Below are positions 52,631-64,000 of a stretch of DNA of 64,000 bases, in pieces (positions within the stretch are counted from its first letter, which is position 1; every line of letters begins with the position of its first letter). Source of the DNA: Octopus sinensis (taxonomy: Eukaryota); assembly GCF_006345805.1 (NCBI RefSeq), contig NC_043024.1:9052001-9116000 (forward strand). Direction: 5' to 3'. Under the pieces are notes generated by a model that worked only from the letters and a program-made list of their open reading frames with translations, searched no databases and was not told the origin of the DNA. The position numbers were made by a program, and so were the translations under genes.

Positions 52631-53413
52631 ATAATAATTTATGACCCAACAGAGGGGACTTGTGATTATTAAGAATTATTAATTTGTTAATTAAGCTGGC
52701 TTGCTTATTGTTTTGTTGTTTATTCTACAGACATAAACCAACACACCTTAGAATTTTTGTAGAAATTCAGGGTTCATTTCCATGTAGGATAAATAATAAT
52801 AATGGTTTCAAATTTAGGGGAGAGGGCTAGTCAATTATATCGACTCTAGTTGCCCGGTCTAGGAATCGAAACCACAATCTTATGATCATGATGCTGACAC
52901 CCTAACCACTAAGCCACGTGCCTCCACTGACCAATTTTTACTCCCAGAGATGATGCAATACTTGCAATGTCTCAAACAAATAGGGAGAAAATTACAAGAA
53001 ACCAGAAATTACTCATTTCGCACACACACACACACACACACAGCGGGGAGTGCAAAACGAGGTGTTTTTTCTGCATTTCTAACTTTAAGACAAAATATAT
53101 TTTTAACAAATGTTCACTACGTACCAAAAACTATATCAGCATACACCATTGAAACCGGGCCCATGAGCCTGGCTAGGCTTTAAAAGGGTGCATTTTTATT
53201 ATAGTTGTTATTGTTGAAGTTGAGAGAGCTTGACAGGTACTTTTTTTTTTAGTTAAAAATTTTTTTCTACAACTCTGAGCTGATTATAATTGAGATTGCT
53301 ATGTCTAATTTGATAATTCGCAATTTTCAAAAAAAAAGAAAGAAAAAAAAAAATGTCTAAAGTGGGGCAAAATGAATAACGACTAATTTCAGCAATTTCT
53401 TCTCTTTAACAGA

Positions 53414-54658
53414 ATGGTGCGTAAATATATCAGGAAGAGACCCATTCCAGCAGATCGGGAAGAAGCTATAAAGAAAGCTCGTGCCATGGTGGCTAAAGGC
53501 AAACCAGTCTCACATGCTGCGGCAGCGACTAATGTTCCGTATGAGACACTTCGAAGACGAATCAACGGTCTCAATCAAACTGAACGAATTGGCAGTGGAC
53601 GGTTTGTTAGTGTGCTTTCGATGACGGAGGAAAAAGATATCATTGATGCTCTCCTGCTGTCGTCATCGCTTTTTGGCTGGACTTGTGGGACGAAGGAAAT
53701 TCAGACAATGGTTAAGAAGTATCTAGATACAGCCGGCAGGAAAACCGTTTTTAAGAATAACATGCCGGGGAAAGACTGGATGATAACGTTCAAACGACGT
53801 TGGTCGCAGAAACTCGCATCTGGCAAACCAGATATCTTGATCAAGGCTGCCCAGAAGGACCTTTCTGCAGTTGCTCCTAATTCAACTGAGGAAAACAAAA
53901 AAGCCTCACAGAATTCAAAGAGGAAACGAAAATGTGCTCAACCTTTGCGAAGTGATGTCCTTACTATAGAAGATGAACCCGTGTGTTTACAGATGGAAGC
54001 TGAGGAGAGGGAAGTAAATAAAGACGAGAACATTAAAATACAAAAGAAGATACATAGGAAATGTCAAAAACGGGAATCTGTTTCCAGAGAAAACACATCT
54101 GGTGACAAAGGGAAAGTATCTGGAAACAAAGAAAAAATATCTAGTGACAAAGCAAAATCATCTGGAGTGAAAGAAAAAATATCTGGTGACAAAGAAAAGG
54201 CATCTGGTGACAAAACAAAAACATCTGGTAACAAAGCAAAAACATCTGGTAACAAAGCAAAAGCATCTGGTGTCAAAGCAAAAACATCTGGTGTCAAAGC
54301 AAAAACATCTGGTGTCAAAGCAAAAACATCTGGTGTCAAAGCAAAAACATCTGGTGTCAAAGCAAAAACATCTGGTGTCAAAGCAAAAACATCTGGTGGC
54401 AAAGATAAAGCATCTGGTGACAAAGAAAAAGCATCTGGTGACAAGGAAAAAGCATCTGGTGACAAGGAAACAGCATCTGGTGACAAGGAAACAGCATCTG
54501 GTGACAAAGAAAACGCATCTGGTGACAAGGAAAACGCATCTGGTGACAAGGAAAACACATCTGGTGACAAGGAAAAAGCATCTGGTGACAAAGAAAAAAC
54601 ATCTGGTGACAAGACAAAAGCATCTGGTGATGATAAAGATGAGAACAAAGCCAAGTGA
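53414..54658 (+). CDS. pogo/Fot1-type transposase N-terminus (Psq-like HTH + CENP-B/Tc5 HTH) fused to about 25 SGxKxKx heptads; no DDE domain
   Basis: Intact 414-codon ORF with AAAATNVPYETLRRRING and TEEKDII..FKNNMPGKDWMITFKRRW. Strong 3' splice-site-like CTAAT...TTCTTCTCTTTAACAG immediately before the ATG. Confidence 0.75.
   Translation: MVRKYIRKRPIPADREEAIKKARAMVAKGKPVSHAAAATNVPYETLRRRINGLNQTERIGSGRFVSVLSMTEEKDIIDALLLSSSLFGWTCGTKEIQTMVKKYLDTAGRKTVFKNNMPGKDWMITFKRRWSQKLASGKPDILIKAAQKDLSAVAPNSTEENKKASQNSKRKRKCAQPLRSDVLTIEDEPVCLQMEAEEREVNKDENIKIQKKIHRKCQKRESVSRENTSGDKGKVSGNKEKISSDKAKSSGVKEKISGDKEKASGDKTKTSGNKAKTSGNKAKASGVKAKTSGVKAKTSGVKAKTSGVKAKTSGVKAKTSGVKAKTSGGKDKASGDKEKASGDKEKASGDKETASGDKETASGDKENASGDKENASGDKENTSGDKEKASGDKEKTSGDKTKASGDDKDENKAK
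54098..54630 (+). repeat. In-frame 21-bp minisatellite
   Basis: CATCTGGTG(A/T)CAA(A/G)G..AAA(A/G) units, no frame-breaking unit. Confidence 0.95.
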
Positions 54659-56239
54659 TCGATTATGAATGATTGTGGTAACTTAACAAAGGAAAGAAGG
54701 GTGATCCCAAGGACACATGTGACCTTTGTGATGAATACTGGTGCCCAAAATGCCAGCCTAAAATTATTGACCTTATGACTTCTTTTGTCTGAGTTGCTCC
54801 AAATAAATATTGAATGTTGAACTTTTAGATGTAGTTGAGTTTCATTAATATTGTGTCGTGCGCCATTTTTCCAAGAACTTTCATTTGGCTAAGATATTTA
54901 ATTTTTGCTACATTTCTAATCTTTCCGACGTCTAAGGATGGATATTGATGTTGTGTAGTAGTTTTTTTCCAAATGTAATTCTAAAACACATCAAAGCAAA
55001 TTTACTTTTCGTTATACCTATTTTGCCCCACCTAAATTTGTCCTTTGCATACTAAAGGACATGTTCAGAATATGTTGTAATTGTTTTTAATGCATTTAGA
55101 GAAAGTTATTTGACAAGCTGATAGTTTTTGTAATGCCATGAACATTTGTGAAAAAATTATATTTCTTTTCTCAAAATCAAAAATACTTTTAAATATTTTT
55201 ACATTTTGCTCAGTTTACCTGGATTTACCTGTAATTAGAGTCACTTTGAGACAAAAATTATGCAATAGAATTAAGAACCCTTTCTTCATTTATGTTCCAA
55301 ATATCAAATTTATATGTCGATAAGTAAGAAAGTTACAGTTGTTTAATGAAACTAGTCTAAATTCACGATTATTTTAGAATTTAATTGAAAATCATGAGGG
55401 GTATATTTTGGTCAGAAATATAGTAATGAAAAGTTTTCATGTAGTTCTCAGGAAGATTTAACACAACCACCAGGAATTGAACTTGTGACCTTATGTTTGT
55501 GAGCTAAGTACCCTAACCATTTAGCCATGCACCTTTATATATATATATATATATATATACATATATCATCATCATCATCGTCGTTTAACGTCCGTTCTCC
55601 ATGCTAGCATGGGTTGGACGGTTCGACCGGGGTTCTGGGAAGCCAGAAGGCTGCACCAGGCTCCAGTCTAATTTGGCAATGTTTCTACAGCTGGATGCCC
55701 TTCCTAACGCCAACCACTCCGTGAGTGTAGTGGGTGCTTTTTACGTGCCACCTGCACAGGTGCCAGGCGGGGCTGGCAACGGCCACGGTCAGATTGATAT
55801 AATTATTATTATTTGAGGGAATAAAATCCAAACTTACAAGGAAAAAAAAATCCAATTTACAAATTTTATACAAATTATATACGTTTTTATTATTTTTTTG
55901 GCAATTTATTTAATCATTGACATTTTATTATTTTAATTTTAATATTTCTATATGTAATTTTCTAGATGGTGTAATTTAATTCATTTTGAATTGATAAAAG
56001 GTGTTTTTTTTCTAATTTTATATATATATATGTATATATAAAGGGGTGTGTATGATTGTGTATAGAGGGATATATATTATTCAAAGAAATTCCAACTCTG
56101 TTTTTTTATGTTTTAATGTAGAATATAGAATATATAGTATAAATAATATATATATAGTAAAACGAAATGAAGTATTGATTGTCTTATTGAATAGATGAAA
56201 TATTGAATATCAAATATTAAGGGACTAGTATACTTTCTT

Positions 56240-56525
56240 GCATTAAAGCAGTCTTCAAGGTCCCAGGTTGTGATCACCTTGACCGACCAGTCCGTCTGGC
56301 GTCCATTTGACATCGCTGGTCACAGCATGCTGTCCACTCTTCTCTGGATTGCGCCTTTCTCATCCACGTGATCCCAATCGTCCTCCTGAAATCGTAACTC
56401 CACCGTTGTGGAGGTCTTCCGGGTGGTCTTTTCCGCTCGCGCGGGTACCACTCGACAACTGCGTGGGTCCAACTATTAACCGTGAGCCGGGCGACGTGTC
56501 CAGCCCATCTATACTTGCTGCGTGT
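56240..56525 (-). mobile_element. RTE-type LINE 3' fragment
   Basis: Minus strand WAGHVARLTVNSWTHAVVEWYPRERKRPPGRPPQRW. Confidence 0.8.
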
Positions 56526-57746
56526 TTATATATATATAAAACTGGGACTCTGTTGGTTATGATGATGAGGGTTCCAGTTGATCCAGCCAAGTGAACAGCC
56601 TGCTGGAGAAATTAGCATTGAAATGGCTAAGCACTCCACTGAATTCCTTGCCTTTGCATAGGGTTAGGGAAAGAAGATAAAGAAAATGGCAAACAGAAAG
56701 GGCAAGGGTTTGGGGAAAATACTCAGAAGAAAGGATAGGAAAATGAGCTTATTTTAGATGACTAAGAAAATGAGAAGAAAATTGTTGAAGCATTTTTATA
56801 TGAATTGATATAGAGGAGGGTTGCTGTTAAACTGTCGATAAAAGAAAGCATAAATTTATTTCATCTCCTCCTTTTTTTAAAAAATTATTAGGAAAGGAAC
56901 ACCCTCCTATTTTGAAGTGCAAATCAGTTGGAAGTTAAAAAAACAAAACAAACCCTTGCATGGAAGAAAAATAAAATGAGACGTTAAAATCTGTAAGTCA
57001 CAACCCTTATATCATCACACTCCAGTTCTGTACTAATCTCTTGTCTATTAACGAGTTCTGTATCTTCAGTTGACGATGTTTGATAAAAAAAAAAAATGTC
57101 AGTTCAGTTACATTTAACAGTTTCTTTTTATATTTGAACTAAAATTTTCAAAATTCCATACATTTAACTTTGTATCTTTTTAACTGAAGTATACTTATAT
57201 ATATATATACTAGCAGTATCGCCCAGCGTTGCTCGGGTTTGTAAGGGATATAACTATATAAGCATTGTTAGAGAGTTACCTCCCTTATATAATAGCAAAA
57301 AAAGTGCATTCAAAATGGAAAAAAATGATGGTAAATTATTTTTAAAATCGTAGACTCATCGTAGACGCGTGCTAATACCCAGAAGGGCTCGATATGAATC
57401 ACAACTATAAGATACCCGCTTTTGGTTAAACTGCACCGCAAAATGTGGGAGTAGTTAGGAATCTAAATCGTAGGAGACAGACACACAACCTCACTTTTAT
57501 ATATAAAGATATAAATTAAATTAGAGATAAAACCACTATTAGGCAACTCCCTAATATTATTATTATATATATATATAGTCAGAACCCTCATTGAAACTTT
57601 TGTAGCGATTAAAAAGCTGCCTAACCATACTTACTCTTCCTTTTGACTCTCTTACTTTTTACTTTATATATATATAAGATTTTTTTTGCGTAATAAAATT
57701 AAAAAAACCAAGGCTGTATAGATATTAGAGCATTTATAGATAGAAA

Positions 57747-57802
57747 GTCTTTACAGCTGTTTCTAGGATATTAATTAATAATGATATCCCTTCATCGGAG
57801 AC
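57747..57802 (-). ncRNA. Degenerate type-I hammerhead motif, variant CCGAUGA core
   Basis: Minus strand GTCT-CCGATGA-a GGGATAT[12]ATATCCT a-GAAA-CAG|CTG-TA-a-AGAC. Palindromic ACAGCTGT stem III, GUA site, one extra base in stem I. Confidence 0.55.
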
Positions 57803-58137
57803 GTGTGAGAGGAAAAATTAAGTCATAGTTAGTTTCGATGTGATACAAAATAGAGAGTGAGGTGGGGGAAAGAAAATAGATGTAAGATATGTATGGGTAT
57901 TGAATTTGTAAATCTGTTTTTACAATATATATATATGCATACATACTTTATTTGTGGGTTAACAAAGCTACCATTGGTTTTATGCCAAGGGAACTTTCAG
58001 CACTAATACTTGTCTCCTTGGATAGGAGTTTGAAGATTGCTGAGAATTCTCTTGACATGAAACTAATGTTATCTCACAAATAAAGAATATTTATCAACCA
58101 TTGTGATATTCTGCATTCATTCTCACAGTTTGTTATT

Positions 58138-58189
<52 letters not shown>

Positions 58190-58453
58190 CAATATGTCTT
58201 CTAGGAAAATTTATACAGAAACTACCTCATTTGTTTGTGATTGTCAATTTTTTAAAAAGATTTTCAAATTTTACTTCCTATTGATTTGCACTTTAAAATA
58301 GGCAATTGTTGTGAAATATACTAGAAATAGCTTTCTGTACTGAAAACCCTAATTAAAATGTTTTAATACATGGTAGTTAAAAAGGAAATTATTTTAATTT
58401 ATTGTGGAGTTATTTAGCTTAATTCAACAGCACATCTTAATTGTGAGCCAAAA

Positions 58454-59078
58454 TCTCTATATATATAAATGGCAAAATGTCTGTGTGTGTGTCCTTTATA
58501 CAAATCCACAATTTTTTAGTTAGAGGGCTCGCACTTTCTATGGTCATTCAAAACCGTCCAAGGGTGGTCGTGCACATCTTTACATTTCCCCAGTCATCCC
58601 GCAAAGCCATTAAAAAAATCAATAGAAGTGACTTTTTTGTGAATTTTCTATCCAAAACCCAATCAAAATGCCTGAAACTTGATACACCAATTGAATGCCA
58701 GCTAGCTGTATGTGATTGGTCAGAGATTTGAACAGTACTCACGTGTATGTGCGCACGGACGCAGCTGTATATGCATGCACTGGCACTATGACCTGGCGTT
58801 GCCGGGTCATAGTGCTAGTATAATATATATATATATTTATAAAAAAATCCATTCTGTCTGTCTGTGTGTGTGTGTGTCTTCTAGGATCTCGGGCATCTTC
58901 CTCCATCCAATTGCGCTCAAATTTGATATGTAGATACCGATGGTATCAGGGCGTGTATAAGTCTTGAAAAATTACAAAAATCGATTCCAGCTGAGAATGC
59001 GAGCGATAAAGCCGTGGGAACGTGCATTTGTATGCGCAAGTACATCAGCTGTTGCGCTCGATACTACGCGTATGCTAG
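58454..59078 (+). mobile_element. Head-to-tail Helitrons H2 + H3
   Basis: H2 at 58454-58818 (TC...hairpin-CTAG) is nearly identical to 34844-35207 and is followed by the same second 5' end. The CTAG at 59075-59078 is a weaker terminus. Confidence 0.75.
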
Positions 59079-60571
59079 AAAAGTGCACATGCAGTTTGCA
59101 CAAAAAAGGCCGGTCTGTTTGGTGTCTCAAATTTAGGTTAAATCAGTGTTTCTCAAACGGGAAGCCTATGGGATGGTCGGACAAGTTATGAGAAAATTTG
59201 GTTTAAATGTTTGACAACTCAGCGCCATCCATTGGACAGGGGGGGCATTTTGCTCGTATATATATCATCATCATCATCATCATTTAACGTCCGTTTTCCA
59301 TGCTAGCGTGGGTTGGACGGTTCGACCAGGGTCTGGTAAGCCATGGAGGCTGCACCAGGCTCCAGTCTGGTTTGGCAGTGTTTCTACAGCTGGATGCCCT
59401 TCCTAACGCCAGCCACTCTGTGAGTGTAGTGGGTGCCTTTTACGTGCCACTGGCACAGGGGCCAGACAAGGCTGGCAAACGGCCACGATTGGCTGGTGTT
59501 TTTACGCGTCACCAGCACTACAATTTCCATTTATCTTTTACTATTTTACTGGTTTCAGTCATTGGTCTGTGGCCATGCTGGTGTACCACTTTGAAGGATA
59601 AACAAATTATCCTTCTTACGTGCCGTCGGCACAGGGGCCAGACAAGGCTGGCAAACGGCCACGATTGGATGGTGTTTTTACGTGTCACCGGCACTACAAT
59701 TATATATATATAATTGTGAGCTCTCAAAATGAATCTCACTTCTGATTGACAAAGTGAAAATGGTATACTAAACTTGGGACTACCATTACTTTTAGTCTTT
59801 TGTTCAATTCCTGGCCTAGGCTGCGTGTTGTGTTCTTGAGCAAGACACTTTATTTCACTTTGCTCCAGTTCACTCAGCTGTAGAAATGAGTTGCGACATC
59901 ATGGGTGCCAAGCTGTATCGGCCTCTTTTGCCTTTCCCTTGGATAACATCAGTGGCGTGGAGAGGGGAGGCTGGTATGCATGGGCAACTGCTGGTCTTGC
60001 TCAGTGGTTAGAGCGTTGAGCTTACGATCATGAGGTTGTGAGCTCGAATCCTGGACTGGGCTGCGTGTTGTGTTCTTGAGCAAGACACTTTATTTCACGT
60101 TGCTCCAGTTCACTCAGCTGTAGAAATGAGTTGCGACGTCACTGGTGCCAAGATGTATCGACCCCTTTGCCTTTCCCTTGGATAACATCAGTGGCATAGA
60201 AAGAGGACGCTGGTATGCATGGGCGACAGCTGCTCTTTCATAAACAACCTTGCCTGGGACTTGTGCCTCGGAGGGTAACTTTCTAGGTGCAAACCCATGG
60301 TCATTCGTGACCGAAGGGGGTCTTTACCTGTTACCAGATTTTTCCACTTTTGAGTTGACTTGCAGTGTATCAAGATTTGTATTATCAGGTTTCATCGTAC
60401 AATTCTAAGCTGGTTTTACACTGTACTTATGCTGCTGGGAAATACATGAAAGCCTCAGCATCATTCCTTTGTAACATTTGCCAACCTTCAAGTTGGTTCA
60501 TTGATTCAGTTGTTGTTTTTAGCTCCAATGTCAATCAACCATATGGCAGGTCTGTTGTTGTGTAATACAGT

Positions 60572-61708
60572 TTAACCGTTCCGTTACCATATTTCTGTTG
60601 AGATGTTCTGTGTTTCTTTCAATTACTTCAAATATAACAAAGAATTTAGTAAAATAACTTAGTTATCATTAAGCTAGTGTTAGTAACATAAATTGTGTCT
60701 AAGGTTTGGTGGAAGATTTTAATCCAAAACTTATGAAAACAAGACATTTGTACTACAGAGCCAGAGACGGTTTCAGCCAGGTTGGTAATGAAAGGGTTAA
60801 ATTAATCATTTGTTAACCCTTTTGTTACCATATTTCTGTTGAGATGCTCTGTGTTTCTTTCAATTACTTCAAATATTACAAAGAATTTAGTAAAATAACT
60901 TAGTTATCATTAAGCTAGTGTTAGGAACATAAATTGTGTCTAAGGTTTGGTGGAAGATTTTAATTCAGAACTTTTGAAAACAAGACATTTGTACTACAGA
61001 GCCAGAGACCGTTTCAGCCAGGTTGGTAATGAAAGGGTTAAATTAATCATTTGTTAACCCTTTTGTTACCATATTTCTGTTGAGATGCTCTGTGTTTCTT
61101 TCAATTACTTTAAATATAACAAAGAATCATCATCATCGTCATTTAACGTCCGCTTTCCATGCTAGCATGGGTTGGACGGTTCGACCAGGGTCTAGGGAGC
61201 CAGGAGGCTGCGCCAGGCTCCAGTCTGATCTGGCAGTGTTTCTACGGCTGGATGCCCTTCCTAACGCCAACCACTCCGTGAGTGTAGTGGGTTCTTTTTA
61301 TGTGCCACCGGCACAGGGGCCAAAGGGGGCTGGCAAACGGCCACGATTGGTTGGTGCTTTTTACGTGTCACCGGCATGCACATGTCGATAAAATAACTTA
61401 GTTATCATTAAGCTAGTGTTAGTAACCTAAATTGTGACTAAGGTTTGGTAGAAGATTTTAATTCAGAACTTTTGAAAACAAGACATTTGTACTACAGAGC
61501 CAGAGACGGTTTCAGTCGGGTTGGTATCAAAAGGGTTAAATATAACAAAGAATTTAGTAAAATAACTTAGTTATCATTCAGCTAGTGTTAGGAACATAAA
61601 TTGTGACTAAAATTTGGTAGAAGATTTTAATTCAGAACTTTGGAAAACCAGACATTTGTACTATAGAACCAGAGGCGGTTTCAGCCGGGTTAGTATCAAA
61701 AGGGTTAA
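60572..61708. repeat. Tandem piggyBac-like MITEs (241-bp period, about 4 copies), third copy interrupted by SINE C
   Basis: TTAA-CCCTTT...AAAGGG-TTAA units. GTTACCATATTTCTG anchors at 60583, 60824 and 61065. Confidence 0.8.
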
Positions 61709-62684
61709 CTTTACTCAAGCAGTCAAATAGTTCATAATTAACTTTGTTGAACAGTAATCCATCTTCCCAGTTATCCCCTGCATACGTGTGTCTAGTTGAC
61801 CACCACACTGGACATTCATATGCAGTGTGAATTGTCTCTCTGACTTTCCAGCTCTGGTCAAACCATCCAACCCATGCAGCATGGAACACAGCCATTTAAT
61901 GAGGATGATTTACTGGCGTAATAGTTACAGCAAATAAACAAATCAGGGGTCACTCTTGCCCACCTCTCTCCCATAAAAAAAAAAAAAACACTAATCAAAG
62001 TTTTTCTAGTATAGATTGTTCCAGGGACCAATATTTGGTCAGGTAGGTGGACAACATGTCAAAACTTGAATGATATCTGGTATGACTAGTGTTGTAAGCT
62101 GCTCTATTAATTTTGATTAATAATTGAAATTTAATAATTGAGAATTGTAGACTCAAGCAAAGAAAACAAAAAGACAAGGTAATGCAGGGTCCAAGGTACC
62201 ATGTGGTCAAGGTGACCTAATCAAGTGTTTTGAGGCCTGTTTTCCGAGTCAGGCCACTACAGAAGTTCATACTTTGTCATTTTAGTCTGTGTCTGGAAAT
62301 TTTGCCGAATAGAAAAATTTGCCATAAAATGAAGCGTGTTGCATCAGCATTTATTATTATTATTATTATTATTATCATCATCATCATCATCATCATTATT
62401 ATTATTATTATTATTATTAAAAAGCAAGACTTTATTCAATGTCAAAACCTCAAAGAAACATGATGGGGGTCATTTAAAATGAAATTTCTTATGACAAATT
62501 TTCCTTTTGCAAAAATATTTATGGTCAAATTTCCCATAACCATGTTAGATGTTTTACTCACACATGATGGAAGAAGTATGTTTTTTTCACTTTTGTGTGA
62601 TTTTTGGTTGTTGATTTTCAAGGAAACTCTGGTGGTGTTGCAGTCTTGGTACAGACACTCAAACATATACACATGCTTACATAC

Positions 62685-62768
<84 letters not shown>

Positions 62769-64000
62769 CACTCTTTTACTCGTTTCAGTCATTTGACTGT
62801 GGCCATGGTGGAGCACCGCCTTTAGTCGAGCAAATCAATCCCAGGACTTATTCTTTGTAAGCCCAGTACTTATTCTATCAGTCTCTTTTGCTGAACCGCT
62901 AAGTTATGGAGAAGTAAACACACCAGCATCGGTTGTCAAGCAATGTTAGGGGGACAAACATATACACACACACACATATATATACATATATACAACGGGC
63001 TTCTTTCAGTTTCTGTCTACCAAATCCACTCACAAGGCATTGGTCGACCCGAGGCTATAGAAGAAGACACTTGCCCAAGGTGCCACGCAGTGGGACTGAA
63101 TGAAGGGAGTAAATACGTAGTTATTGTTTAGTCCCAGTTCATCCCTGATTGAGCAAACCATATTATCAAAAGTATCCCAATTATTTTATGTATCTAGGAG
63201 TACATTATCCATGGTGTCCTTCCTTTCTAAAATTGATCTGCGTCTTTTTGTACTGCGAAGGAGATATGTCAAAAGTTTGTGTGTTGTCTATATGGGTAGA
63301 GGAAGGCTTATTTGTTGATTTTGAATAAGGCCCCATTTAGTTTTGATGCGCTTGGATAGTGTTTTGTGTTGAGGCCTGGGAAGACAACGTTTAGTATTTT
63401 GAGGGCTCTTTGTGAGTTGTGTTTGTTGGTGTCTTTGAGTGCAGTAGGGAGATTTGGGTTGCGATAAAATAGGTGTTTACTTCTGTTGGTTCCTTACCTC
63501 TAGTAATGCCCCTATTATTTCAGTTGAATCCAACCATACAGCAAATTGGTAGAATCATTAGGGCATCATGTAGAATATTTCCTGATGTTCGTTTCAGTGG
63601 ATTTGGTAGATGGAAACTGAAAGAAGCCCATTGTATATATGTATATATATATATATGTGTTTGTGTGTCTGTGTTTGTCCCTCCCAACATCGCTTGACAA
63701 CCGATGCTGGTGTGTTTACGTCCCCATAACTTAGCAGTTCAGCAAAAGAAACCCTAATAGAATAAGTACTAGGCTTACAAAGAATAAGTCCTGGGGTTGA
63801 TTTGCTCGACTAAAGGCGCTGCTCCAGCATGGCCACAATCAAATGACTGAAACAAGTGTAAAAGAGTAGTAATTTAGTCTTAATCTGAGTTCAAATCCTG
63901 ACAAAGCCCACTTCGTCTTTCATCCTTTTAGGGGTTGATAAACTACCAGTCATCTACTGGGGTTATTTTATTCCTTTTCTTTCCTTCTGTCAGAGCTAGA

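Noticed and set aside
54064-54668. Overlapping ORFs 54064-54654(-), 54186-54668(+) and 54378-54623(-)
   Set aside because: Alternative frames of the 21-bp repeat, with no independent coding signal.

Overview
Eukaryotic, repeat-saturated window with no prokaryotic features. The SINE set and C2H2 zinc-finger content point to an octopus-like cephalopod genome (inference). Genic content: one intact single-ORF C2H2 zinc-finger gene with 15 fingers (37389-38828), a LINE-disrupted paralog (26592-29683), and an intact 414-aa ORF derived from the DNA-binding half of a pogo-type transposase fused to about 25 heptapeptide repeats (53414-54658). Most of the remainder is SINEs (at least 5 families), fragments of CR1, RTE and HERO-like LINEs, Tc1/mariner relics, Merlin-, hAT-, Harbinger- and piggyBac-like MITEs, non-autonomous Helitrons and microsatellites. 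Main points of interest: (1) five type-I hammerhead-ribozyme motifs in short, ORF-less elements at (TA)n tracts, three with a non-canonical CCGA core; (2) retroelement 3' ends multimerised head-to-tail with the same junction at separate loci; (3) a LINE and a SINE sharing a 3' double hairpin with compensatory changes; (4) the pogo-derived ORF; (5) repeated amplification of the zinc-finger gene's 3' end. Family assignments come from motif recognition by eye, not database searches, and boundaries of degraded elements are approximate.
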